This document shows, in pieces, positions 1 to 13,940 of a stretch of DNA of 64,000 nucleotides. Within the stretch, counting starts at the first letter, position 1, and each line of letters begins with the position of its first letter. The notes beneath the pieces are model-generated. The model was not told the DNA's origin. It saw nothing but the letters and a program-made list of their open reading frames with translations, and made no database searches. A program made the translations under genes and the position numbers. The stretch lies in the NCBI RefSeq assembly GCF_009914755.1, contig NC_060937.1. One strand, 5' to 3'. Source of the stretch: the human T2T-CHM13v2.0 reference genome, Homo sapiens.

Positions 1-972
1 CTACATTTTATTTATCCATTCATGACAGGCATCGATTCTTAAGCTAAGTGTTTGGAATTTTAAATTGGGAGCCATCATTCCTCCAGAAACTTAAAATCTA
101 GTTAGAGAAATCGGACACTACTTCAAGACAAGCATTATCACACTTTGGATTAAGTGCTAAATGAGAGATATAGACTATGTTTGCTATGGAAACTCAGAGA
201 GGAGCTAATTTAGTTAGGGAAGACTTGATGAAATTGTACTAACTGAGCCTGGAAACATTAAGTCTGGGATGGCAGATGCTTGGCCACGATTGAGCCCACA
301 ACTCCTTCCCAGACCATACAAGACATAGGTAAGCATGGCAGAGTCTTTCCAATTTAACCCAGACAGAGCATCAGAATCCTTCTCAACATAGTCCACTCCA
401 ATTGGGTAGAGTTGGCCTTCAAGGTAAAATTCTTTGGCATCCCTGATATAAAAAAGCAGAGAGGAAAGTTAAATGCATTTCAAGCAGGAGTAAGAAATGT
501 AAGCCAAAGCGGAGCCAGCCAAGTTCATAGCATGTTTTCAGCTTGGAAAGCAGAAATCACATAGGATAGAAATAAGAGAAAACTTTAGATTGCTAAGGGC
601 TGTAACAATTGCCTCATTTTTATACTGCTTTCAGGTTACTAGGGTCTATTATCCAATTGCCTACTTATGTAATGTTCTCGTATGTGTACTTGTTTCATTC
701 CTTATTTCCTAGGCTATAATTGAAGCTGTATGTAAAGAAAAAAAAATGCACTGCCCTCTTTAGCCTTCAGCCTATGATTTCTGCATTCTATCTTTTCCTA
801 CATGGTGCCATTTCTCAATGCGGTGTCTCCAGAAATCTCCTCCCTCTCTTGAAGCCCCACCCCCACCCCATCAAAAACTCTGGCCAAAAGTAAGGGTAAA
901 TTCACACTAAAATGTAAATGACTGATATGACTCAAACCATTAGTATTCCCTGTTTCAAGGGTACTGAGCTTT

Positions 973-1815
973 TTTAATTTTATTTGTGCAAATTTATGGA
1001 GTACATGTACAATTTTGTTACATGTATAGATTATATCATAGTCAAGGCAGGAATTTTAGGGTATCCACCACCAAAGTAACATACATAGTACCCATTAACC
1101 AATTTCTTATCATCCTCACCACCACTGTCCCCCCACAACTTCCTCACCCTTCCCAGTCCCCATTATCTATTGTTCTACTCTTATGTTCATGTAAGCACAT
1201 TTTTTAGCAGCCACTTATAAGTGAGAATATATGATATTTGTCTTTCTGTGCCTGGCTTGTTTCACTTAAGATAATGACCTCAAGTTCCATCTATGTTGCT
1301 GCAGAAGATATTATTTTATTCTTTTTTATGGCTGAGTAGTATTCCATTGTGTATCTATACATGCCATATTTTTTAATCCATTTTATCCATTGATGGACAT
1401 TTAGGTTAATTCCATACCTAGGCTATTGTGAATAGTGCTGAGATAAACATATTAGTGGAGGTATCTTTTGATATATTGATTTATTTTCCTTTGAGTAGAT
1501 ACTCAGCAGTGGGATTGCTGGATCAAATGGTAGTTCTATTTTTAGATCTTTGAGAAATCTCCCTACTGTTCTCCATGGAGGCTGTACTAATTTACATTCC
1601 CACCAACAATGTGTAAGCGTTCCCTTTTTTCCACATCCTCATGAACATGTTACATCTTGCCTTTTTAATAATAACCATCCTAACTAGGGTAAGATGATAC
1701 CTCATTGTGGATTTGATTTGCATTTATCTGATGATTAGTGATGTTGGGCACTGTTTCTTATACCTGTTGGCCATTTGCATGTCTTCTTTTGAAAAATGTC
1801 TATTCATATCCTTTG
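973..1815 (-). mobile_element. Old L1 3' fragment (L1MA-type)
   Basis: T-rich tail, then L1 3'UTR/ORF2-end sequence (ttccattgtgtat..., ctggatcaaatggtagttctattttt, cccaccaacaatgtg). Degenerate TSD aagggtactgagcttt / aagggcactggccttt. Confidence 0.85.
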
Positions 1816-1860
1816 AAGGGCACTGGCCTTTTAATAGAAAGACAGAGGCCTTAAACTAAG

Positions 1861-2073
1861 CAGACTATCACAACCATGGCACTATTACATTTTGAACCAG
1901 ATAAGTCTTGATTGTGTGGGCTGTCCTATACATTGTAGGATGTTTAGCAGCATCTCTGACCCTCTTACCCATTAGATGCCAGTAGCATCCCCCAGTCCTG
2001 ACAACCAAAAAAGTCTCCAGACATTACTACATGTCCCCTTGGCAACAAAATCACTCCTAATTGAGAACAACCA
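1861..2073 (-). mobile_element. MER20 (hAT-Charlie DNA transposon fossil)
   Basis: cattgtaggatgtttagcagcatc...tagatgccagtagca...gtctccagacatt...ttgagaac matches the recalled MER20 consensus. Confidence 0.85.
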
Positions 2074-3184
2074 AGTTAATGTAATACGTCTCATAATATA
2101 CAATTTGTTATATTTGGATACTCCTGAAATCTCTTTATCAGGCAACTAACAAAGCTGACCCAGACTCTATAAATCAACCCTTGCTGGTTGTCAAACTAGC
2201 AACATCCAATGAAGCTTTAAAAACTCAATGATTTTTTTTTTTGAAAGGGTTTCTTGGCATCAATTCAAATAGAAACCAACGTAAATTGACATTCGTACTG
2301 ACATTCCATGCATTATCATTGGCTTAACGTTTGGGAAGACAAGTTTTGCAAAACATTGTGGTAAAAGATGCTTTGTATAAATAAAGACAAATAGAGGGTT
2401 TCAGGCAAAACACAAAGACTTTGTCAGTATTTCCCATGAGCCATAAATAGTCTGACATTCTAGTCTGACAATGGAGAACCTAATATCAAATATATTTCAA
2501 CATGTGTTTGAAAGGATTTCCTATGCTTTTAAACATCAGGCAATATATTTGCTACTTTTCAAGAAGTGCAAATATAAATACTAAAACACTATTTTTTTTA
2601 CTTCCTAGCATTCCCTTTTTATATTTTTAAGGGCTTGACACACATTTCCAATGGTTAATTAACAGAATAAGACATATGTCAGAATGAAATAACAATTTCA
2701 TTTGTAACACTAGAATTTCATGTTGATGAATACCAAATTTTCATTTGATCAGAATTATCTAAGAAGTAACAGCCCTGATATGTCTAAAATAGTTTTAGAT
2801 TCTTAACTATACTTAACAACATCTTAGTTTTTACCTTCTATATTCTTGGTATTAAAATAGAAATATTCATCCACCCTGAATGAACATATGCAAGTCATTT
2901 TTATAAGTTAGTTTATACTATAAGTATACCATAACATCTCTGGACAAGTGCTTCCACTCTTAAGCTAAGGATTCGGGATTTAGAATTGGCAGCCATCTTT
3001 CCTCTAAAACTTAAAATCTAGTTAGAGAAATTGAACGCTGCACAAAAAACATTAATACACTTTGGGGTAAGTACCAAATGAGAGGTATAGACTATGTATG
3101 CTAAGGGAATTCTAAGTATTATGGGGTAAATATTATGATTATATTGCTAGAAAACTTGACTACCTTATTGAGAGAGTATTATTA

Positions 3185-3452
3185 TTCCAAAGTGGTTGAA
3201 AGCATTGACTTTAGGGCCAGAGGGCCTGGGTTTTTACCCTAGTTTCACCCTTATTGGCTGTGTGGTTTGACACATCTTGCTTATACTCTCTAGGCATCCA
3301 TTGTCTTATCAGCATAATGAGTAAAATACTAGAACCTCCATGAGAAGGTTGATAAGAGAAGATATGAGTATTAAATTGATTGATCTATGCAATGTGCTTA
3401 GAACAATAGCTGGCAAACAGTAAGTGCTACGTAAGTGTTTGCTACTGTTATT
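3185..3452 (+). mobile_element. MIR SINE
   Basis: MIR head (gtggttgaaagcattgactttagggccaga) and tail (gtgcttagaacaatagctggcaaacagtaagtgct). Confidence 0.7.
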
Positions 3453-3486
3453 CATTAAAAATCAAACAGTGCAATGTGTCTGTCTG

Positions 3487-3714
3487 AGAGGCAGACTAGT
3501 AGAATAGTTAGGAATCTGACCTGGGTCAAAACATCAGGTGCTTCACCGCTTATCAACTTTTGGCAAGTCATATGACTTTTCTGAGCTTCAGCTTCCTCAC
3601 CTCTGCAATGGAGATAATAACTGTATCTAATTCTTGGGGTTATTTGAGAAATAAAAGTAATAATGCACATCGAGTGCATGGCAACATGCCTGTTGCGGTA
3701 CTCAATAAATGTTT
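3487..3714 (+). mobile_element. MIR SINE
   Basis: MIR core ttggcaagtca...ctgagcttcagcttcctcacctctgcaatggagataataa, ending ctcaataaatgtt. Confidence 0.7.
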
Positions 3715-3785
3715 CTTTTTAATGTTTACATGTACATTAGAAACAGAAGGGAAAAAGGAGGAGAAAGAATTCGTCTCTACAGTCA

Positions 3786-4152
<367 letters not shown>

Positions 4153-7100
4153 AAGGTGAACAAGACATGATTTATGTTATAAGAAAGGCGGGCTCTGAAA
4201 AGAGTTCCCAAATTCTCTAAAATTTGACAAAGGTAGTAGTTGTCGCAGTGTTTTCTGTTCATTTATAGAGAGTTTTATCAATAGCATCTAATCTGCTTGT
4301 GGTTCTCCTTTTGATTTCTAGTGCTTCTATTCACTCATCTGTTTATTCCTGTAACTGGTATTTATTGAACATCTGTTCTGGGTCAGAGGTGGTGCTAGAC
4401 CAGGGTACACATACAAGAGTGAGTAAGAGAAACATATTTCTGAAACAAAGGAAAATTAAAATCCAAAACAATATGTGATTAAATAAATCCATGTAAGCAT
4501 ATTAAGGGACTACTGGAAGAAAAGGAGGATATTCTCAGTAGGAATAAGAGTTTAGTTAGTCACCAATTAATAGTAATGTGTTAAGTGAAGAGAAGATGCA
4601 GCAAACACTGTTTCTATCTTTGCTAACTTTAAAAATGGAACAGTAATTGCTGAGATAGGTTATGAAAGTATGGCAATTCTAGAATGAGGTTACCTAAGAC
4701 AGCATTCAGTCACGACTCTGCAAGTGTGTAGTTTTGGTGTCAGAATGGTTTATTTCTGGTTCTGGGATAAGAAAGTCAGACTAAAAGATAGGGTGCTTGA
4801 GTTCTAATTCTGATTCTTTACAACCTTAGACAATCTCAGAGCCCCTGTGTGTATCTTTGTTTTTGCATTCTTTATATGGGAACCATGACACTTGGACTTT
4901 CTACTTCACAGGACTATTTTAAAGCCTCAAGGCAGATGATATATACCACTGTCTTAAAAACATCATATAAATGAAAGGGACTGAGACATTTTAAGGTCAT
5001 AATACAGGGTTTGCAAAAAGAATGCAAAGGTATCACTTGAAAATAAAATAATTTTAAAAAATTCAACTCAAATCCATGTGCTGGTTGTTCATGATCTAAA
5101 TTATATTTAAATTAGTGCATGTTCTATGTGCTGTGTTGCAGTGAGGCCAGCATTGTAGAAAAAGGCACCTTCCACGCTAGATAGAGTTTGCATTTTCTTT
5201 AATGTACAGGAAGGCAGCTGTAGCTTCCTACTGCAAATGCAAGGCTAACTTTTGTGGTGTCCGGCAATATTAGAAATCTTCTTTTCTTCTCTTCCCTGAA
5301 TGTTGAGTGATCTGGGATGAAAAACTAACAAGCGCCTGTCAAATCTGAAGCCTCAGCTTTTCTGACAGAAGGTCCACTGGACTTTCTTATCAAGAGAGCC
5401 TTTACAAGGAAGCTGGAACTCTCTCTCTCCCAGAAAGGAAACAGAGCTCATCAGAATCTCTGGACCCTTGACTTAGAGGGCATGCTGTCTCCAATGAAGT
5501 TCTTTTTTATTCAGATTTGACTTCACATTATGGCTAATCAATACCTCACAACTGTCCATGCCCCAGTCAGATGCACGTCTCTCCATCAGGCAGGGAGGCT
5601 TCCTAATTGAGAAAAAGTCAGAGACCCAGGTACCAAGCCCTCAGGCCATAGTCCGGCACCCACTCTCTTTTCATAGCATTCTAGAGATGGTGGAAATAAA
5701 ATTTAGAGACATGACAGGCACAGCCAAGGAGGATCAATTCCTGTCACTTGCCACCAGTGTTTACTGCTTCCCCAGGTCTTCAGAGGGTGTTTTTCTTTCA
5801 TAGCTTAGAGGAACTTAACCTTTTAAAAATGGGAAGATGGTGTCCTCATGAATTTTAAATTATTTTTATCTCCAGTGACTAGAATTGTTGATTAGATTAA
5901 AATGATTTTTTGTTTTCTCCCCCTACCCCAATACCAAATTTTGTTCAGTCACACATGGCTGCAGGAAAATGTAAATGATAGTACTCATATTTGTGGCTAC
6001 AGATTGAAGGAGACCTATTAGTAAGTACTTGTGTAATAATGTGCCTAAAGAAAATAGCACATTTTCATAACTTCAGTATTGAAGAGGAAGTAGACAAATT
6101 TTATTCTCAAATTTGTGACTGATGTTATCCAATCTATTTACTTATCTAGAAATGATTAAATGAGGTCCAATATCTTGGTGAAACATAAAGCACCTGGCTA
6201 TTATTTCTAGTTATTTGATAATATGCAAATGCTGTATAATAAGAGATCTGCAGAAGTAAGATTATTTTTAACTTTTCATTTAATTATTTGAGTATCTTTC
6301 AAGCATGACTTAATTTCTCTGTATTTAGACCAGAAGAGAAAATATAATTTTGAAAGTATTTTTGAGACAGTTACATAAAAATTTCTGCATCATCAATAAG
6401 TCTATGATTTTATTGCATTTTTATGACTAGTAAACAAAACTTGTTCAAAATACTAATATTCCTTGTGGTTTATGATAGCCTTACAAATAGATAAAAATCT
6501 TCTCTCGTCAACCCCAGGAATACTACAACCAAAGAGTAAAAACATTAGCTGGTTAGCCAATCAATATGTGTTATAATTTTGATTAGACTGATTTAGTTGT
6601 TTCCCATCCCCTTTGCTGTATATTTACATGCATATGAAGTTGCCTACATTGTTGGATATTGAGTAAATAAAAGTGGCAACATTTTCTAGCTGACAAAAAT
6701 GTTTTACAAAGCAACTTTCCAGAAGGTAATATGTAAGAAGAAATTTAGATGAGGTCTCTATTCTTTGCTATTACCCTAAAAAGAAATTTTTACCCACACA
6801 AAGAAACTCACATTTAAAAGACAGAATTTGGGACTTCATGAAATTAACCAGCATGTTTAAGGAATTAAATATCTAGATTTTCAGGTAAAGTTTTTAAGCA
6901 GAGTTATTATTCCTCCCAAGATTTTTAGCTATGAAATCTTTCTAAGCCATACTACACATTCCTGCTTTAGTTAGACCAGTGTGCTGAATGGAATCTATTT
7001 TTCTTTGATGAATCATGAAAGAATTCAAAGTCCTTTGGGCCTCAGGATCATTATTTTTAACATCAGTTCTCCCTGAACAGAAATATGGGGATAAAGATCT

Positions 7101-9384
7101 AAAAAATTTAGTAGCATGGATATCAGTCCTCAGGACATATCCCATAAGCTGCTCTTTAAAAAAAAATAATAATAATAATAAATAAACCCCTATTGCCCAT
7201 TTAATTTATTTCCACTTGCCTCTTTCTCCTAGGTTGATTGCAAAAAAGTCAATTGAGTGAAGTTTCTGGTTAACTACCCACTCATCCATCTAGACTTTTC
7301 CTATGCTATGTGTCTACATTTTAACCAGCATTTGTATGAGCTGAGCAATTTTTATAAGTTGAAAAATACATACAGCCAAACTAACTTCAAAGAAACCTGA
7401 CTGTATGTTGAGCAAAACACCTTCTGGGGAATCTCACTGGCATGAGATAGCTGACCTTGTGTGCCCTGTTCCAATGATTCATAGAAGATACCCATACTTA
7501 ATAGAAGCTCTTCTTGAAGTCTTGGAATAGGTCATCTACCTCCTCTGGGTTTAGAAAATATCTATGTATTCTAACTCAAGTACCTATCATTATTCTCTTA
7601 CAGAAGCTTCTATGTGTTCTTTAATTTTTTGAATTGTTGCCTTGCTGAAAAGAGTAACACAAAGAGGCCTTTTGTAATGAGGTGTTATCTCAATATGGTA
7701 ACCTTCCCTCCCCCCCAGTGTGATTTTGATGTTCGGTCTCCTACTTAGTTCTAGAATTCGGAAGATTGCATTGTATTTTGAGGCTTTTGTTATACCTGTC
7801 TATCTTTTCAATAAGATTCCATTAATTATATTCCATTCTTTCCACTTTGATATCTCATTAAAATCTTATAAATGATCATGCAGTGACCTTGAAGGCTATG
7901 CATAATACATGAAAGTAAACCTGCAGTAAAATGTATTCTTTCACTCCTGACTGGCTACATCCCACGCTTCTTTTCCTCTCCCAAGTGACTCCAATTGGGA
8001 GAGCTTTGCTAACTGAGCCAAGGTATGCAGGGATGCGCACATCTCCCAGCTCCAGTATCTTTCTTAGTCATGACAGCTGCAATATGTTAATGGCTTCTGT
8101 TTGGATGTGATGGCCTGGTTACTACTTAGGGCACTATGCTAATTAACATAGGATGGTGACAACAGGTGCAAATGTCATTTTACATCAGCATCATGCACAT
8201 GCAAAGATAGCTAGCAGCCCAGAAGCAAGCCAAGAAAATGTTAACTTGAGTCAGCAGCCTTGCAATCTCTGAACAGATCATCTTTAATGCCTATGATTAA
8301 AGGATTCACGGGGCTGCTGATGCTTTTTTTTCCCCTGCAAGAATGATATTTCTGAATATATGGGATGTCTTCATAAGCTTTTTAAAGTTATGTTTCAACA
8401 AAATGCACTTCTATGGCAGATAAGTAAAATGCACAAGGTGTGTATTTATGAAGGTTTCCTTATTGAATAAAAGTTCTGCTGAGCCACATTTATTGCACTG
8501 AGCATCATCTGAAATGGACATGGTTTTGCACAAAGTGAAATCCTATCAGTTGGCACTGGGTGATTTTCCCAGCAGATTTACTGCATTTTACTTTATGTAT
8601 TTGTATGTTTATTTGGAGATTTGGTTTTTTGAGTCATATTCTTCTTACATTTTAATGAAATTGAATAAAAGTGGAAACATAGAAATTCCTCTTAAGACAT
8701 TACTGCATATATTCAACTTAACAATGAAATAGGTTCTTTACCCAAGTAAAGGGAAAATTCACATACTAACATCTTAAATAAGTAACAAATAATCTTATTC
8801 TCTAAAACATAATTTATTATCATTTATACCAAATGATCTAGCTTATGTTTAATAAAGATCACTGATATACTTTACAAATCGTCCCAAAGAGATTTGTTCA
8901 TTTACTTCTCTTTAACAATTCAAATTCTGAGATTTATATTTATTGTACAATCCAAGAACATTGGAGATTAACAAAGACAGGTGAGAAAATCTTGGTAATA
9001 ACACAAATACATCCTATGGGTTGAATTGGCTACCCTCGTTCCCCACTCACTAGCTGTGAAACCTTGACCACATCACTTTCTCTCTGAGCTTCATTCAGGT
9101 TCCTTATTTGTAAAACAGGAATGCTGGAATTACCTCAGGTATTACAGAATCGCAATTGGGATGCTGAATTAAATTCAATTTAGAAGATTTGCATTTTGTT
9201 TGTATCTCTGCAATAGCAGTACTAAGTATACCATGATTATGTTTACATGTCATTAACAGGTAAACTTTGGAGCTACTCCAAGCCTAAGACTATGTCAGAT
9301 TTACCTTTTTATTTCCACCTGGCACAATGCTTGAGCATAATGGGTGTTCAAAAGTACACTAAATGGATTTGTAAATAACTATAT

Positions 9385-9757
9385 CAGTGGTTCTCAAGCC
9401 TTTATGCCTGGGAACCAAAAAAGCTTTTACTTACATTGATATTTATAGTACTGAAAATTAAAACTGAGAATTTTTTAAATACTAATTTATTGAGTAATTA
9501 AAATGACTTAATAAATAAACTTACTATACAGTAACATACTAACATATTTTTATTAACACTTATATTTTCCAAAGCAAAAAAATTTGTAAGAAAAGAAGCA
9601 GTTTTAAATTTTGTAAATTTCTTTAGCATCTATCTTAATAGAAGACAGCAAGATTTTAATGTCTGCATCTGCAGACATGTGGTGTGGGGACTTCAAAGAC
9701 CTCCTAAAATCGTCACAGGGATCTCAGAGTTCCCCAACCACACTTTGAGAACCACAA
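9385..9757. mobile_element. hAT-Charlie non-autonomous element (Charlie1/MER106-like)
   Basis: Terminal inverted repeats cagtggttctcaa ... ttgagaaccac. Internal aaattaaaactgagaa and cttaatagaagacagc motifs. Subfamily uncertain. Confidence 0.7.
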
Positions 9758-9994
9758 TGAGTCTCTAAAAAGGCAGAATCCAGAAAATCCAGTATGTTGG
9801 CAACTTATGTAACTGCAATCCAAGTGCATTTTGAAGAGCACAAAGGGATAAACAAAAATCATGTGGTATGAATCATTAGCCGTATCGTAGAACAGAGAGC
9901 ATCAATTCCCAGTAGTTTCATGGTTCCAGAACTTTATTATTAAACATTTTTAATTAATATCTTCAGGAGTATTACATAGAACTTAAGAATCTGA

Positions 9995-10205
9995 ATTTTT
10001 GCATTAGGTGCAGCTATGGTCAAATCCTGTGTCTGTGACTGTGTGACTTGGATAAGCAACTTTACCTCTCTCAGCTTTGTTTTCCTCTTTGGAATAATAT
10101 AAGTAATAATTTCTGCCTCTGAGTGTTACTGTGAAAACTAAATATGATCCTGCAAATATTTAACACAGTGTCTGGGACAGAGTAAACTTCAATGAATGTT
10201 AGTGA
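9995..10205 (+). mobile_element. MIR SINE
   Basis: ctgtgtgacttggataagcaactttacctctctcagc ... aacacagtgtctgggacagagtaaacttcaatgaatgttag. Confidence 0.7.
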
Positions 10206-11624
10206 CTAGCAGAGAGAGGAAAAGAAGATGGGATCTTCCTATAAAGGAAGCTCATTCTCTTATAGCCCTTTTAACACATTACAACTCTGTTAAGCCGTGA
10301 CTATTGTTTTAAAGAAATTTAGTCAAAACACACAAAGAAAATATAAATAAAAAGCAAGGAATGCCATTTTTCACTTATGTGGTTTAAAACTTTAAAGCGA
10401 ATTCTGTTCATAACCACCAGCCAAACTTCTCGTAACTATTCTTCCTAGTTCATTTTTTGCACCTCATATGCTTGCAAACCTGGATTATTCCAGCCACCAC
10501 TCCCCACCAATTCTACTGTCCATCCAGCCTCTGACTCCCTCCCCCACCACTTCTGGTCCACCAACTTTTTTCTTCATCTGAGACCTCTCCCTCAACCTCC
10601 AGCCTCTTAGATCTATTGTTTTCCTGCCTGTGCTCGGTTTTGGCATTCCAAACTCCAGGAACCACTGTGGCCAAGACAGATATCCACGGAAGGGAAAAAC
10701 AAGGAAGAGTAGGAGGAAGGCAGACAAGCAGGAATGAAATTGGATTGAATGAGAAAAGAACTATAATTCTCTGAACATTCCTGTATTCGGTAATTTTATG
10801 ATTTCCCAACATCCAGATATTTATTGCACACCTCCTATATGTCCATTGCCATGTTAGATGCTGGAACAAAACAGACACTGTCTCATTACTCAAGAAACTG
10901 AGTGTAGGAGGAGGTAAGCTGAAAACCTGCGACCACAATGAGCCCTCACCAAAATTCATGTAAATGCTTTTTTGAGTTTTATTTTTGATATTAAACAGAG
11001 AATAGCAGAGGAAACAGACAGAAGGTAAAGAGAGCAGACAGGCAAATGCCTTTCAACGACACTCAGTAGAAAGCTTATATGTATTTAGCCCAAAACACAG
11101 AGTAAACTATCCCCACACACTCCTTTAAATGAGGCAGGATAGTTTCTAATATATTTTTTACATTCTGTCAATCCTGTCTCCCTGTGAGTTCCCTTTCATT
11201 AAATCAATGGCATTTCTCACTTTCAAGATGAGTCACAGTCTAAAACAAAGCAGTTCTTGCCCGGTTTTAAGTCTCCAATTAGACTTTTTTCTAAGATTAT
11301 AGCCTTAAAAGTCAGATTTGTTGAAAAAGAAATGGATTTTCTAAGTTCTAATAGCTTGAGAGCAATACAAATCCAAAACAAACCTGGGAGATTAGAGCAC
11401 AGGGTAGTGTAGAGAGGTAGAGAGATATAACTTCAGACCAACTTTCCCACAACAGTAAAAGGAAATAGAAGTTTAGTCAAATAGAAAAGTAAAGATGACT
11501 GGAGGGGGCAAAACAGCCTTAGATTCTGCCAGGATCCTCAAGAAGAGACTCTGTCCTGATGCCACACAGCACCCCTCCCTCTTTCCTCTGCTGACATCTG
11601 CCCTCACTTCCCAAAGACGTCTGT

Positions 11625-11772
11625 TCCTCTAGGCCTTCGTTTCCTCATCATGAAGTTCAGAAGAAAAGACTGACCTAATTGGTAGGGTTGTTGTTGTGAG
11701 GACTGCATTCGATAAGTGCTTAAAACAATGCCTGATATGGGAATCACTTAACAAAAATTGGCTGTCATTATA
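11625..11772 (+). mobile_element. MIR fragment
   Basis: gccttcgtttcctcatc ... agggttgttgttgtgagga ... aagtgcttaaaacaatgcctg. Confidence 0.6.
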
Positions 11773-12521
11773 AACAGTATTATGATTATTGTTGTTTTTA
11801 TCCACATTTAGTTGTGTGTAATCAGCTCCAGTGACCACACTGAGAAGAGAATCAGAGACACTGTGGGAGGAAAAAATCATAAGGTGTTGGAAAGGGAAAT
11901 TAGCATGTTAGAAGATACCTTTTTTTAAATTTTATTCAACTGAATATTAATTGAACACCTATTAGTGCAGGTCCCTGACCAGGATGTAAACATAACCACA
12001 AAGGACCAGCTGAATCCTAACCAAACCCACCTGCCCTGAAGGAAACGAACGCTCCCGCAGACTACAGATAGCAAATGCTGCTCTCTTCCTTCCTGCAGCA
12101 GCATTTACCACTGGTCGGATGACCAGTAAGAACCAACAGAGATTGTCAGGAAGCCTCATCCTTCCCTTCCCTCCACACTGGGGCTCACTCACTCCACCCT
12201 CCGTTGGTCCCCTGTCACCAAGAAAGCAAGGCAGCAGTAGAAAGAAGGGTCTGTTTTATGAAAGTTGTGTTGCTATGGAGGTAGATTATAGACAATAATG
12301 ACTCATGTCAGGCATTGCAGGATTTTGAAGAAAGAAATAAAATAAGTTTTAAGGCTTTTTGTAGAATATGGAGTTTCCTTTATAGGCAAGGAGAATTTGA
12401 CACAGAAGTTACCCCCCAAATTTGTTCTAAAAGTTTCACTATTTTGAAGTGCACATTTAAAAACACAAAACTGAATGAGGACCTCACACGTCTTTACTGA
12501 CTCCTCACTTGCACAATTCTT

Positions 12522-12621
12522 TTTTTTTTGTATTTTTATTTTTTTTTATTTTATTATTATTATACTTTAAGTTTTAGGGTATATGTGCACAATGTGCAGG
12601 TTAGTTACATATATATACATG
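12522..12621 (-). mobile_element. Extremely 5'-truncated L1PA insertion
   Basis: Poly(T) plus tatactttaagttttagggt...gtgcacaatgtgcaggttagttacat. Perfect 15-bp TSD acttgcacaattctt at 12507-12521 and 12622-12636. Confidence 0.93.
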
Positions 12622-13149
12622 ACTTGCACAATTCTTGAGCCTATGTGCTCTAGAGTTGTAGTAACTCGTATTACCATTCCAATCCTAACTGGCTTCCATA
12701 ATTCCACCCAATCCATTTCTCACTTGACTATCATATAAATAATGTACAGAGGACTGCAGAAGCCTCATGTCTACCTACGGATACATGGGAATCACTTGGA
12801 ATACAGGAGCTATTGCTGAGAATTGTTTTCTCACTGCAGCTTATTTCTTTATCTTATGCTTCTGTTTTCCACTCCTAACTATTTATTCCTCTTAGAATTC
12901 TTTTTTCGTCCATTAAATATGTATATTATATACCAGAAAGTTATTACTGTGCTTTTCTGTTGCACTTCTCTAGCCATGGATCTGTCTTTTCATCATTAGC
13001 ATTAGGCACTCTCAGGTTCAAAATATTTGGTGAAAAGAATTTATTGGCTTTTTCTCATCATGACTTATGAGGTGAAATTAAAAGTTCATGTTTATTTCAC
13101 ATATAAGTAACTTTTCCCATGATCCAGTACATGTAGGATTACAGGATGA

Positions 13150-13523
<374 letters not shown>

Positions 13524-13940
13524 TAAGTGGGCACTAGCTAGGAGAGAAAAGAAAGGGGATGAGAAAGGAAAAGAAGAGTGAAAATGGAATGGGAGCAGCC
13601 GCCCCTGCATCCGCATATACTGGCAACCTGCCTGTTGGCCAAGCTCAAATTATGTGTTTTCCAAGGGCACTCTGTGCAATGAATCCCCTAGTCTGTCAAT
13701 TTATTAATGAGATCTTTTAAAAAATAAACTTTTGTATATACTTTTTTTAAGCTACAACATTTTAAAATAGAGACTGTTGACCTAAAAATAATTAACCTGT
13801 GGAATTTCTCCCTGGAAAATTATCAAATGCCACTGGATTTTGGAAATGAGTAGCTCAACATCTTATCCCAAATGGACTCTGAAATATGAGATGATACTTT
13901 CTGACTGTTTAGATTTGAACATTTTGTCTCAAGTAATTTG

